Of a DNA stretch of 64,000 nucleotides, positions 38,454 through 51,053 are shown piece after piece (the first letter of the stretch is position 1; every line of letters starts with the position of its first letter). The DNA is from Perna viridis. Lineage: Eukaryota. The stretch lies in NCBI GenBank assembly GCA_037379345.1, contig CM074514.1:34348001-34412000 (forward strand), in the 5' to 3' direction. Position numbers and translations under genes: made by a program. A model generated the notes under the pieces. That model was not told where the DNA came from and did not search any database. It worked only from the letters and a program-made list of their open reading frames with translations.

Positions 38454-38760
38454 AATGCAGGGAGTGACTCAGGTGGGGCATGGCCAGTGTCTGCTGAATC
38501 ACAAGCAGGGATGAATTAAGACAGGAGTATAGCAGATGTGCCCCACCTTAACAGTGAAAGCAACATGAGTTGAAACAGTAAAAAATCAGAAAACCACGTG
38601 CAACTTAAGTATAGAAATACCATAAGTTATAAAATCTACTAGTGCAGGGCAAAAAATTAAGAAATGCCCACCAAATTTTTTTGACATGCTAAGTGTGGCA
38701 ATCTGAGCCCCTCTAAAGGCCTCTTACCTAAAATTGTAGATAACTTACCCTGAAGGAAAC

Positions 38761-38958
38761 TACTCTGAAAGTACTTCAATTTGTGGATAAGGGAAGAAAC
38801 ACAAGTTTGTGGATTCTTGAATTCATGGTTTTGAGGTTCTCAGTAAACACTTCAATGGAAATCACTTTTTTGTCGAGAACCAAATTTCCTGTTTTGGCCT
38901 TCCCTTGAAAACCACGAAAATTGGTACCCGACCCACAAACAATAGTACTTTCACAGTG
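38761..38958. mobile_element. MITE, TACTGTGAAAGTAC family, inverted relative to 27532-27738
   Basis: TIR tactctgaaagtact / agtactttcacagtg; interior is reverse-complement similar to 27532-27738. Confidence 0.75.
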
Positions 38959-39594
38959 CTTTGGAAACACTGAGTCTTACTTTTAATATTCAATAACATA
39001 GATACAACAAACCACAGGAAATACAGTTTCCCAGTTTAAAAATTATTTGGATTTTGAGGCAAGAATTTGCCTCCTGTTCCTGTATGCTTGGTTTGACCTG
39101 ACCTCAGATTGAAATCATGACCTCCAGTCCCAAGGAGATTATACTTATACATCCAGTTTATTCAAAGGGGTCATTTATATTTAATTCTGTTATTGACATG
39201 CCTAAGACTGCATTACATCTCAATTAGACCACTAATTTGATCAAAGAATGGTCACTTACATTTAAATCTGCAAGTGGCATACCCTGACTGCACATAGATA
39301 TACATATATTTTATTTCATCATATACATGTTACTGAATGGATTTGATAAAAACCAATGACTTTTACAAAGAATGAAATGTTTACCGACAGACAATACATC
39401 TTCATCCACATGTATCTGTAGCCTTGAAGTTAATGAAACAATCCTCTGTAAGTGACAGTGACAGAATAGGATTTAGAATAATGGAATGTCAATATAACAT
39501 GTTTTTGGGTATTGTCTGAAAATAATGTCACAGATACAAATACATTTTCTAAGATTTCAATTAAAACTAGAATTACAGAGAGAATATAAATACA

Positions 39595-40400
39595 GAATAT
39601 TACATGTCAAAATCTGTATCACATGCTGTATCAACCAGAGACTCCTATATCATCCCAAGGGCCACCGGCTCGTGAGGTGATATAGGTCGAGGGTTGATAC
39701 AGCATGTGATACAGATTTAGACATGTTATGTCCATTATATCATATATTTTAACAAAACTTCAGGTATGGTCTGTAAAGGGGTGTGATATATGTCTAGAGA
39801 TGTGATATAGGGTATGCGATATAGGTCTAGGGGTGTGATATAGGGTATGTGATATAGGGTATGCGATATAGGTCAAGGGGTGTGATATAGGGTATGTGAT
39901 ATAGGGTATGCGATATAGGGTAGACTATACAGAGTTTAAACAAACACTTATAATGCATACACAAAAAAGTTATATTTTAATCTAAATATATGATATCATA
40001 AATTATACCCATGCTCCCTTACCTACATATATTATACTTCATACAAAAAACTTGAATTCTAATCGGGTAATGAGTAATGAGTTATTTTAGTCTAATCCCT
40101 TAACATCCTTACTTGCCCCGCCCCCACTGAACATTGATTGGTTGATCGATATATCACCCCAATGCCAACAATATATCACACGATATATCACCCCTGACAT
40201 CACGATATATCACACCAATGACATGATATATCACACACTCGTATTCAGTATAATATAACACATACTGCCTGTAGTAGAGGGTGCTACACTTCGTATCATA
40301 CTCTGTAAATATATCACCTTCAACTTCGTCTCATGTGATATATTTACCTAGTGTGATACTACAGCGTAACACCCTCTACTACAGGCAGTATGTGTATAAT
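39595..40400. mobile_element. Element bounded by two different long hairpins with internal GTGATATA/TATATCAC micro-repeats (Crypton-like, by inference)
   Basis: Hairpin 1 arms 39602-39636 / 39692-39726 (34/35); hairpin 2 arms 40258-40283 / 40370-40395 (26/26). Confidence 0.65.
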
Positions 40401-41295
40401 ATTGCAGATCTGTACACCCATTTAACATTACAGTGAGCATAACTCATACAATAGCTATTTGAGTGGCCACAGCGCATCAGAAACCATCTGAGCCACACTT
40501 AATAAAGAACTTTGTTGCTGTCTAAAAAGTTTCAAAATGCATTGTACCTGTATTTGCTTTAGTAGTTTCAAAAGAGATGAACTTTGAAAATCAACTAATC
40601 AAAAGCATGTAAACTAAGCTCTTGTGCCTATCTTCATAAGCCAAATATACATAGTGGCTCATTGATAGGGGTTGACAAATTTATTATTTCTGTCATGTTT
40701 GGTTAAGATCAGTCAAGGTAGTTGAGGAAATGTTTAAAGTATAAGCACAGACAATTACAGTTGTCAGACATAAAGATTGCATAAGCTAACATGTATGGAA
40801 TCTTTTCCCCTAGTGAGCTTAAATATTTTGTACCATGTACAGTTTTGTTTTGCAAGGAAAGAAACAAAACAGACTGACAGACGAACAAAACGATGTGTTC
40901 ACTCACTATACCTATAGCTGTAGCAGTATTGCTTTATAACTATATACTGCTATAATCAAGATATATTAGCACCTTAATATTGACTTACAGTTGATCATAA
41001 TATACAATCACATTAAGCATTAATGTCATTAGAGTGACATTATCTGCTCATTAATGTAGTAATAATTAACTTCAGTAACACCTAGCTCATAAATACTGCA
41101 TAAACAACATGTTAGGTCTACCTACATCATGTCTGGCACCCTGGCCTTGGTTAATATTGATCTAATCTCACTGTACAACATTACTCAGTGTTCTAGTATT
41201 TAAAAAAAAATTTAAGTGTACATGGTAATTATCATAAATGAAGATTAACTTCCCCACACTAGAAGTTTGCCTTCCAAACTTATGAAATCATTTTA

Positions 41296-41640
41296 AACAA
41301 GAATGCTACGTGTAGCCATATGTCCCCCGCCGCTGTAGAAAGAGTTGAATTACAAATGTTTGACACTTGTATAAATAGCAGATTCAAAACTTATGTGCTT
41401 TCAACAACAAAAAAACCACAAAAAAAGAACGTGAAAAATAAAGTCCCATAACTCCCATAAAAATTGTCGAATCAAAATAGTGGTTAAGTATGATCAACTA
41501 CATATGGTGACAAACAATCCCACAAAATTTGATCAAATTCCATTCAGTGGTTTCTGAGGAGTTGCGTCCACAAGCTACGGATGCACGGACGGATACCAGC
41601 ATTTCTATGTTCCCGCTCTGCGTTGCGGCGGGGGACAAAA
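41296..41640 (-). mobile_element. Short HINE
   Basis: acaagaatgctacg-tgtagc hairpin; perfect subTIRs tgtcccccgccgc (41321-41333) / gcggcgggggaca (41625-41637); (cgga)n microsatellite. Confidence 0.8.
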
Positions 41641-44600
41641 ATTGAGTTTTCTACTTGCCTAATGGAAAGTGGGGCATAATAAACAAAGTGCACATGTCCA
41701 GGATGGGGGGAAAGTGGAATCCTCTAAGACTGTAACTAGTACAAGATGACATATGATGTATTAGAATGAAAGTGATTGAAATCTTCTAAAAATGTCTTTC
41801 ATAAATTTTCTTTAAGCCTTTGTTTTGTGGTTCAAAGTTTTGTTTTCTGCCAATTTTATTCAAAAGGACATACTTGTACAAGTCTTTTTATTGGGGGTAT
41901 TAATTTTCACTGCTAGTCAAAAGTCCCTGAATTATCTAAGTGAATAACTATGGGCATGTGAGTTTCTATCAAAGTTTTACATTGCATTAAGAATTCAAAT
42001 TCATGCTGCAAATGAGCTAGGAAAATGATGAAAATTTGTAACCCATCAAGAATAGTTCTTCTACATCATTCCATGTCTAACTGCTGTAAACTGTTCCATT
42101 AAGATCAAAGCAAGGCTAAGTAGGAGTAAGTCAACACTGACTGAGATATATTTATCTATGAAAAATCAAACAGACAATTTTCACATTCACTTCCATTCTG
42201 AAAAAATTCTTCCTTATTATCTAAGTCAACTGGTGTCAACAGGGTTTAAATTGGAGACATGAATCTGAATAGATTACTACAAACAAATTTTAAATGATAC
42301 AGTATTACAGAGGAAACAGAAAGGAACTATAAATCCTGATTTAATCCACCATTTCTATCGTAAATGTCTATACCATTTCAGATATTTTTATGTTCAGACC
42401 TATTTCCACATAACAATTATCTGGTCTTGTTTTCTTTAAATTCAAAATTATTTCTTTTTCTAGTATAAAACCAAAGAGAAGTTTCCATCAGGTTCGACAT
42501 TAATGGCAAATGTTGAAAGAAGTTAGTATTGAAGAAGGAACTAATGACTGGACATGTACCTAAAATCATCTTACATCAGAATGCATCAAATTTTCACCAT
42601 ACATGAAAAGGACAGTTACAAGATGGGGAGGACAAAGTTCAGATACAGATAAAATAACGAATGTAATAAGTAAGGAAGAGATAAAATTCTACTACCAATC
42701 AGACTTCTAATGAATATTCATGAACCATAATCCCAGCCACCTCAATAAACCTTACCAAGTTGAGCCTTTATTGTCATTTGCTAGAACAAAGCAAAATATA
42801 TTGGCATTCAAAGACAGAACACTTCCGGATACAAAATCCTAATGTCATCCTTTTGTTGTCTTAAGATATCAGCAATTGTCAAAGCCTTACAAGCTCCATT
42901 CAGATGTTTGTGAGCTAATAAAGACGCTCAACGTATCTCATTGTACGTTTTTTGTCATCGATTCAAATGAAGATGAAGTAGAGTTGCTGCTACTTATCAC
43001 TGATGATTAAATTAAAGGGAATCCTTAATAAACTGGGTGTCAGTAGTAATAAAGAATTTGTAAGGAAAAATGCCAATGAGGCAATGATCACATAAATTCT
43101 AAACTGTATGTAGTATAGTTTGCCCTAAACAAACAAAAAAAGCTGATGCTGTGTGAGTGCAACAGAGATAAAACTTCTGAGAACAAGATTGACTGGAAAA
43201 GGATGTCAACCATGTCACTTTGCAGTTAAAGAGGAGTTGATCAATTTCTCAGAGCTACATACTTGTATGTATTGCTTTTAATGTAATTGGTTAAAGAATG
43301 TTAATTCAGAAGTATTGAAATGAGTGTTTGGACAAACAGAGTTACAAGGTTACTACATGTATTACCAGTTGTGAGAAAAAAAATCCAATGAAATTAAACC
43401 TTAAACCCAGTTTAATATATATTTCGTTGTATTTGTTTAAGTTGCTGTCTTTGTAAGAATCATGCAAAATCTGGAAAATATGATACACCTCAAAAAAGGC
43501 TACATATTTTTATTTTTGTAATCAAGTTGTTTTATGGGTCTTTGTAATGAAATGTGTAATTATTCATTCAAATCTGTCTGCTCTTAGGAGATAATCAACA
43601 TTGAAAATCCAATAGATTCTGTTATATTTGAGTGTCATTCACAGAGTTATCTCCCTTAATTTTGAATTCTACAGTGCATTCTATACAATTTTTATCTCCT
43701 ATGAGCACAGGTTATATGAAAAACTAAATGTTAATTTTTGTTTACTAAAGCATTTTAAACAAAGTATCAAAAATAAAAATATGTAGGCTTTCCAACCATG
43801 TATCACATTTTACATGATTCTTAGCTTGAGTAATACTTAAGAATCCAATATAAATTCACAGTGATGAAATCGTACATCTTTCTCGAACAGTGAAAATCAA
43901 ATTTAAAATGTAAATTAAAAACATCTCCCCAACATTTTAATAAGGAAATAATGACAACCTAAAAATTTACTTTCTATGGCCTGAAACAGAATGTAAGGTA
44001 ATGATGATATTTCTTCTATTCCTTATCGTATTTACCAGACACTAATAAAAGGAAAAATAAGTATGATGGAAATCACGCTTAAAACAAATTAACAAGAATT
44101 AGTCCCATCGAGAATAAATTGGAAGTCCAAAGCTGAATCCTTATTAAGTATCCTTCTTGGGTTCATCAATATTTTTAAGATACTGATTTTGATTTGTTAA
44201 ATGTTGATACTTTGTAAAATTAGTTCATTTTCACCTGGGGATCAATTAGGGGATAGTGGAAGATCCAGATATTCTTAAAGGGGGCCTGCTCAAGTATTTT
44301 CAAGTTTTTTAATATAATTAACCACCCTTAGAGCTTATGGGGGACCCAGGTATCCCTTAGATCCTCCTATTGATGATCTGACTACATATCTGTATTCTTT
44401 TTTTGAGGGGTTTACGTCTGTTTTCTTCGAAACAAGTCCTTCTAGGCCAAATAAATTTTGCAGACCTGGTCAGTAATTTTCTACATAAGAATCAGCTGTG
44501 TTTAAATATTTTATATAATGAAACCTGTCTAAACCAAACACTGAATAAACAGGAAACCTGGCCTAACCAACCAAACATTTTGTTAGAAACTTTAATTATT

Positions 44601-45919
44601 TTCACTTCAGTTAGTACCTTACTGGTTTGAAATAATTTATATAAAAGTATTCAACTTTTTACTGCAGTTCCAATAAATTGAAACTTTGAATTTGAAGTCT
44701 ACTACTGTTCATTAATTGTTCCAACAGGACAGTAAACCAGTTTGTCAGATTGGAAAGTTCCCTCCCTTTGCTCTAGATTTAAATAAAAAAAACTAATGGA
44801 AAGAAGAGAATATGAAAAAGGATTATTGCATTTCAAACCAGTGTGAATGTAATAGTGAAACGGAAAATAAAATTCAGTTGGAAAGATGTTTAACAGGTTC
44901 TCAATCCAATTAAAAGTCAAACCTATCTAAACTTTAGCTAACATCTAAACTGAGAAATGTCAAAATAATAACATGCCATCATCCAGAAAATTTACCCTTT
45001 TCATTTATGGGTTATTTCTATTTAACATCACGATCAGCTCAAATAAAACATAGAACAATTTAAACAGAACTCATTCTAGCTTTAACAAAATTTACAAACT
45101 GACGTGAGTTTTTCATAGAATACCAAATCAGTTTTAGATTGAATCCAATATTACATATGTCACTACAGGACTATGTGATAATTGCAGAGAAGTGACATGA
45201 AATTTCCGATTTCACATCTACTTCAGCGATTCCAATCGTAGCTAACTTATATAAATGTGACCAGAATTCTAATAGAATTTGTACAACAACAGAGATAAAT
45301 AATCATTCCACTAAATATCTGAATAATTCAACAACTTTATACAGAAAAGACTTCAATACAATATTTCAATGCAGCTTCATGCATAGATATGAAATTTCTC
45401 AATTTTTAATTCTGTGAGTAATTTCTGCATATGGAGATTTAGAATAAGATCAATTTTACAAGAATAAAAATACTTTGGTTTCTGAGTGGGAGACATTTCT
45501 AACCTTATGATACTCTAGAGAAATGCTTGGTAATAGATGCATGTACATGTATTATATTGAAATACAACAGAGAATTACAGACATAATGTTTAAATACTGC
45601 AATCAGTAGAATCATTTAAAATACAACTTCACAGAAGTATCTGGCAAAAATAGATCATTTACAGTGCACAACTTTACATAGGAATTTACTGACAACAGAA
45701 ATCATGTGACTTTCCTTCAGATATAAGCAAAATTACAACTACTGTAGTAATTGCTAAAATTCTACATGAAAAAGTTGTGAACATTCCCTAAAGTGAAAGT
45801 ACAAGAGATCGCTCAAAAAGTAATTTTTTTTAAATCTTAATTTAAAACAGGAATTCAGGAAAAAAACTACAACACATCATCTAAAAGCTGTGTGGCAAAT
45901 AAGAAAGTCTTATTGTGTA

Positions 45920-46165
45920 ATGCAACAGGTATTCTAGAAAAGCAGATGGCATTTGCCCTACAATTCCAGCTGGTCCAAGCTCACAGTTTTTAGTGGATTC
46001 CAGGTTTCTTGTACACTATTTTTTTTATATGTGCCTGTTATTTAGGTTTTTTTTTTATCATGTTCTTTGTTGTTTGTGTCTAATGTCTTTGTCTAGTCAA
46101 TATCCTTTGATTCTATTCTTTTTTTTTTATGAACATTTTGTCCTGGTTCCCTTGATTTCCATTTC
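45920..46165 (+). mobile_element. Degenerate 3' tail of the Penelope-like family
   Basis: ctagaaaagcaga...ctggtccaagctc.cagtttttagtgga...ggttcccttgatt matches the 56160-56393 tail. Confidence 0.6.
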
Positions 46166-48311
46166 AATCGTTCAGACCTCACATTTCAAAATGTTAAACA
46201 CAAGTTAGCCAAATTCAGCATGAATTGTATTGATGTCACAATAATTGTAACACAAAAGCCCTAAAATGAATAATGAATGCACACAATAATTCCTGATTTT
46301 AAAGTAGATGTATAAAGCATTCCAGTCAAACATGATATTTTAATAAAGTAATACTCCTGTAAAACAGAAAGTTGTATCTTAATAAACTGAATATAAGAGA
46401 AGACACAACAAAAATAAAGAAAATGAAGTCATTCTGCATTGTAGAAAGTGAGAAGGCTGTCTAAAAACTATTTCATGACATTAACACATGAATCAAAGCT
46501 CTTGTCATCAGATCAGAGGTATATATCTGTTTTACCAATCTAGTAAGCTCTTTTTTTAATTAAATTATCTTTTATTCCACTAAGTCAGGCTTAAGATTTC
46601 TTATCATCAAAGAAAATATCTATGACTTTTTTCCAGCAAAGCTAATAAGTTTGGAAACAAAAGACTAGCCAACATCATGGTAAGCCTGATAAATGAGTCA
46701 AATTAATGTGATCAATTTCAAAGTGATCGTCAATTTCCTATCAATCACTTGGCAGGAAATAGACACCCTCACAGACCATATATAGGTTACAATATTTTCT
46801 TTTAGGAGTCTAAGAGTATCATATTTAAACTAAAGCAGAATATTTTGTGATGTACAAATTAGGAGCCTTTAAACCTGAACAAAAAAGGATTTTTTGACGG
46901 GCATTATAGAATCAAAAGATAAAATAAGCAAAAAAATTTACATATGAATTAAATTCAAAATAAAGCATACTATTTGACTGGTTCTTTTAAAAAAAATAAC
47001 AATAGCACTTTTAAAGTATTATGATATTAAAGCACTCTCTTTTCATTTGCAATCTTAAAAGGATTTTTTTTTTATTCTACATCAAGTCTTCATTAAGAAC
47101 TTCCTCAAATCTTGAGTTTTCCCTCAAATCTTCAGATTGGTCAAAATTTGAATTGAGGAAGGATTTGAGGAAAATCTCAATCTGAGATTTTTTACGAAAC
47201 TGGGCACAAAACTTGAAAATGTTCTCAAATCATCTTGTTAGAGCTGTCAACTGTGAGGTATTCCATAGAGGGATACATCTTGCTTACAATAGCAAAACCT
47301 TTGAGATTGGACTATATTCCCTTGTAAGCATCTGGTTATACACGTAATTACAAAAACCCTAGCTACATACATATCATAATGTTGTTTTGGGCAAGCTGTA
47401 GCCAGCTCATTGGTGTGAGGGTTGAAAATCCTCATTCTTGGGAACTAATAGATGGCCTTGACTGAGAAACAAGGGGATATTTTTAGCGATATATTCTCTG
47501 AACTTTGGTTGTGGAGGGAAAAATTACAGGACTTTTAGCAGGAAATCAACCAAATTAATAGTTATGCTGAAAAGATGATGTGTTTCATTTCAGAAGTAAT
47601 CCTCAATTTCCTGTCAATCACCAGAAAGGAAATTGATGTCCTCACAGGTTTTTATTTCCAAATCCTGTCAATCATTTCCTGTTTTACTTGTAAATTTCTG
47701 GTATGATTTATTGTGGACATACGTAGCCTTTTTTCACAGAAAAGTACTGGGTAAAATTAACAAAATTCGTAAGATTCACTAATTAGTACAATCATTGGAT
47801 ACATAGATAATTTTTAGGATTTTAATACTTGGAGTGATGCACCAATCAAATCCTGCAATTCCAAAGACCAGTTCTGATAATAAAATAGTATTTAGAATTC
47901 AATAAAGTTTTACCACGGAACATAGATGTTCAAACATTTTTTTTTTAACTCACTTTGGCACACTGTCTATTAAAATGCTATAATTTTTCTAATGTTTTGA
48001 TTACAATTTTATCAGGACACCTACTCTAATACCGGTAATTCATGTAAAACAATGCAAACATTTCAGGATCAACATAAAAATTGTTATCACTGCAAGGATC
48101 CATTGGCAGCTACGCTTGAGATTTAGTACACCCAATCAGTGATCAAATTCAAGTTAAATACTTGCTAAATGCAAAGTTAAAATTCAATTTTGCTAGTAGA
48201 AATTATTTCTCCCTTATATATTTCAAGTTCAGTTTAGAATTAACCCAAGAAACTTAGATTTAGCAAGTGCAGATTTTAAGAACTTGCTAAATTTATCCAA
48301 ATAATTTACAT

Positions 48312-49921
48312 TAAGAACTGAGCAATGATCACTAAAATGATACCCTACTCCCCCATTTTATAACATGCAGCTTTTGACTTCAATATAGATTTGGATCAAA
48401 ACCTTAACTTGGAGGTGCACAACGGATATGTAATAGATACTGTGAAAGTTTCATGAAAATTATTAAGAAATGCAGGAGGAGTAATGGTTCAGAGATGCCA
48501 GGGCCCCCTGGATGTCCCCATATCAACAAATGACAAAGTCCATATTTCGCTATGTGAAACCCCCCATTTCATTTAATAAAAGGTGCTAAATAGGAATATG
48601 TAATAAAGATTCTTTTGCTAGTTTCATTAAATTTCATTCAGAGGTGTAGAATGATGTAATGGATAAGAGTGGGTTGCTTCCAGTTCCCGATTATCATTAA
48701 TGACAAAGTCAATGTTTTGCTATATGAAATCCTTTAATTGATTCTCATTAAAATCTAAAATAGAAGGTGCACAATGAGAATATGTAATAAAGATTCTGTG
48801 GAAGTTTTATTAAAATCCATTCAGCTGTGTATGAAGAGTAAAAGATAAGAGACGCACCCCCATGTCCCCATATTCACTAATGAACAAAAAACCCATATTT
48901 TGCTTCCGGTAAGTGAAAGTCAAACCCCACATTAATGAAGATAAAATATGAGGTGCCTAATAGGAATATCTAACTCTATGAAAGTTTCATTAAATTCCAT
49001 TCTGTGATGTAGGAGGATCTGAGAGATGAGTTCCCCTCTGTGTAATGGAAAGAAAAGGGAAGGAAGGGAGAAAGAAAGTATGGACAGAAGAAAGGGCAGA
49101 CATTCTATCACTATATACCCCCAATTTGAAAGGACAGATACCCCAGTCACTATATACTCCCACTTTGAAAGGACAGATACCCCTATCACTATATACCCCA
49201 CTTTGAAAGGACAGACACCCCAGTCACTATATATCCCCACTTTGAAAGGACGGATACCCCTATCACTATATACCCCCACTTTGAAAGGACAGACACCCCA
49301 GTCACTATATACCCCAACTTTGAAAGGACAGACACCCCTATCACTATATACCCCCACTTTGAAAGGACAGATACCCCTATCACTATATACCCCCACTGAA
49401 AGGACAGACACCCCTATCACTATATGCGCCCACTTTGAAAGGACAGACAACCCAGTCACTATATACCCCCACTTTGAAAGGACAGACACCCCAGTCACTA
49501 TATGCGCCCACTTTGAATGGACAGACACCCCTATCACTATATACCCCCACTTTGAAAGGACAGACACCCCAGTCACTATATACCCCCACTTTGAAAGGAC
49601 AGACACCCTAGTCACTATATACCCCCACTGTGAAAGGACAGACACCCCTATCACTATATACCCCCACTTTGTAAGGACAGACACCCCTATCACTATATGC
49701 ACCCACTTTGAAAGGACAGACACCCCTATCACTATATACCCCACTTTGAAAGGACAGACACCCCAGTCACTATATACCCCCACTTTGAAAGGACAGACAC
49801 CCCTATCACTATATGCACCCACTTTGTAAGGACAGACACCCCTATCACTATATACCCCCACTTTGTAAGGACAGACACCCCTATCACTATATACCCCCAC
49901 TTTGTAAGTGAGGAGTATCAA
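48312..49921 (-). mobile_element. HINE with degenerate internal repeats and an amplified terminal unit
   Basis: aagaactgagcaatgatcact..atgataccc start; repeated aggtgc...gaatatgtaataaagattc...tttcattaaa units; end tatacccccact-ttgta-agtgaggagtat. Confidence 0.65.
49095..49907. repeat. 39-bp minisatellite, about 21 copies
   Basis: Unit GGACAGACACCCC(TA/AG)TCACTATATACCCCCACTTTGAAA. It generates the spurious 267-aa and 332-aa ORFs. Confidence 0.95.
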
Positions 49922-50274
49922 TAGTACCATAATTACTATATTTGTGTTGGTATACTTGATCTATTGACAATGCTTCTACAAGTTTCAAAAGAACTTCTTT
50001 CATGAGGATTAAACAGAAAACCTAAATAGTAAAAAAAAATATAACATTCTAAAGATAATGAATAACAAGTTGTGATATAGAGTAGATACAATGTTACGTA
50101 AATTACATGAAAATCCAATGAACTACAATTAGGCTTAAGTGGAATTTACAACAGCAATATGATAGGAACTGCAATGTTGTGGGAGATATAATCACTATTT
50201 ATGGTAAAATGTCTTATATCTTAGCTGTTGAGAAAGGAAAACATGATCAAGGAATGAGTTCATTGTAATTTGCA

Positions 50275-50366
50275 AATAGACCCTTTTTTATTAAAGAAAC
50301 TGTCAAATTTACCTCGCGCAAGTACTAACTGAGCCTGCTCAGATAATTAGCACAAAAGGGTCTATT
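50275..50366. mobile_element. Tiny TIR element
   Basis: aatagaccctttt / aaaagggtctatt, perfect 13-bp inverted termini. Confidence 0.55.
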
Positions 50367-51053
50367 GTAATTTAAACCAGCAGTCGATTTATTTGTCATT
50401 TTCATAGTAAGAAATTATGTAGCCCTTAATGAGTCTAATTATTTTATTTCTCAACTTCACAGCAAGGCCAAAAGAAGCCTGTAATGACTAGAGTCCTGAA
50501 ATGCGCGATATAAAACAGCAAGGCACTAAAGTCAATGTCTGGCAATGAGAACTACAAAGCTGTTAAGGATACAACAAGTAGATACATAAAAATGTGTCAA
50601 CACAATATGAACAGCCATTAAGAAAAGCAGTATTTTACAACATTACAAGAAGACAGACAGGAGATTATGTTGTAATGAAGGAATTACGAGGAAGTGGGAG
50701 AAATAATCAGTCTTTATGGCCAACCTACCTAAAGAAACTAGGTTTTATCTTAAAAATAAGGATGTGACTTTGTAGGCTCCTGTGAATTATTGTATATTGT
50801 TAATGGTTAATAGAAGCACTATTGTGTATCTGAAAGTCTAAGTAAGATTAAACGATTGGCTGTATTCTTCATGCGGATATTCCATGTATTTCTGGACTCA
50901 AACAGACCCTCCTTTGAACTAGTCCTACACAGAGAGTCTGAGATAGTGAAACCTACAGGGCACCACATCTGTGATGCAAAGTTGTAATTAGTTGAACAGT
51001 TTTGCTTCTGGTTAAGTACACTTAAATGCCTATTCTCCCCACCCCCAATGACA

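Noticed and set aside
38720-38760. AG|GTAAG recursive-splice-like site and strong donor in the 27-kb intron
   Set aside because: Weak pyrimidine tract; such motifs are expected by chance in an intron this long; no supporting evidence from sequence alone.
48932-49930. Longest ORFs in the track (332 aa minus, 267 aa plus)
   Set aside because: Translations of the 39-bp (13-codon) minisatellite inside a HINE; open on both strands, with no splice context or domain.
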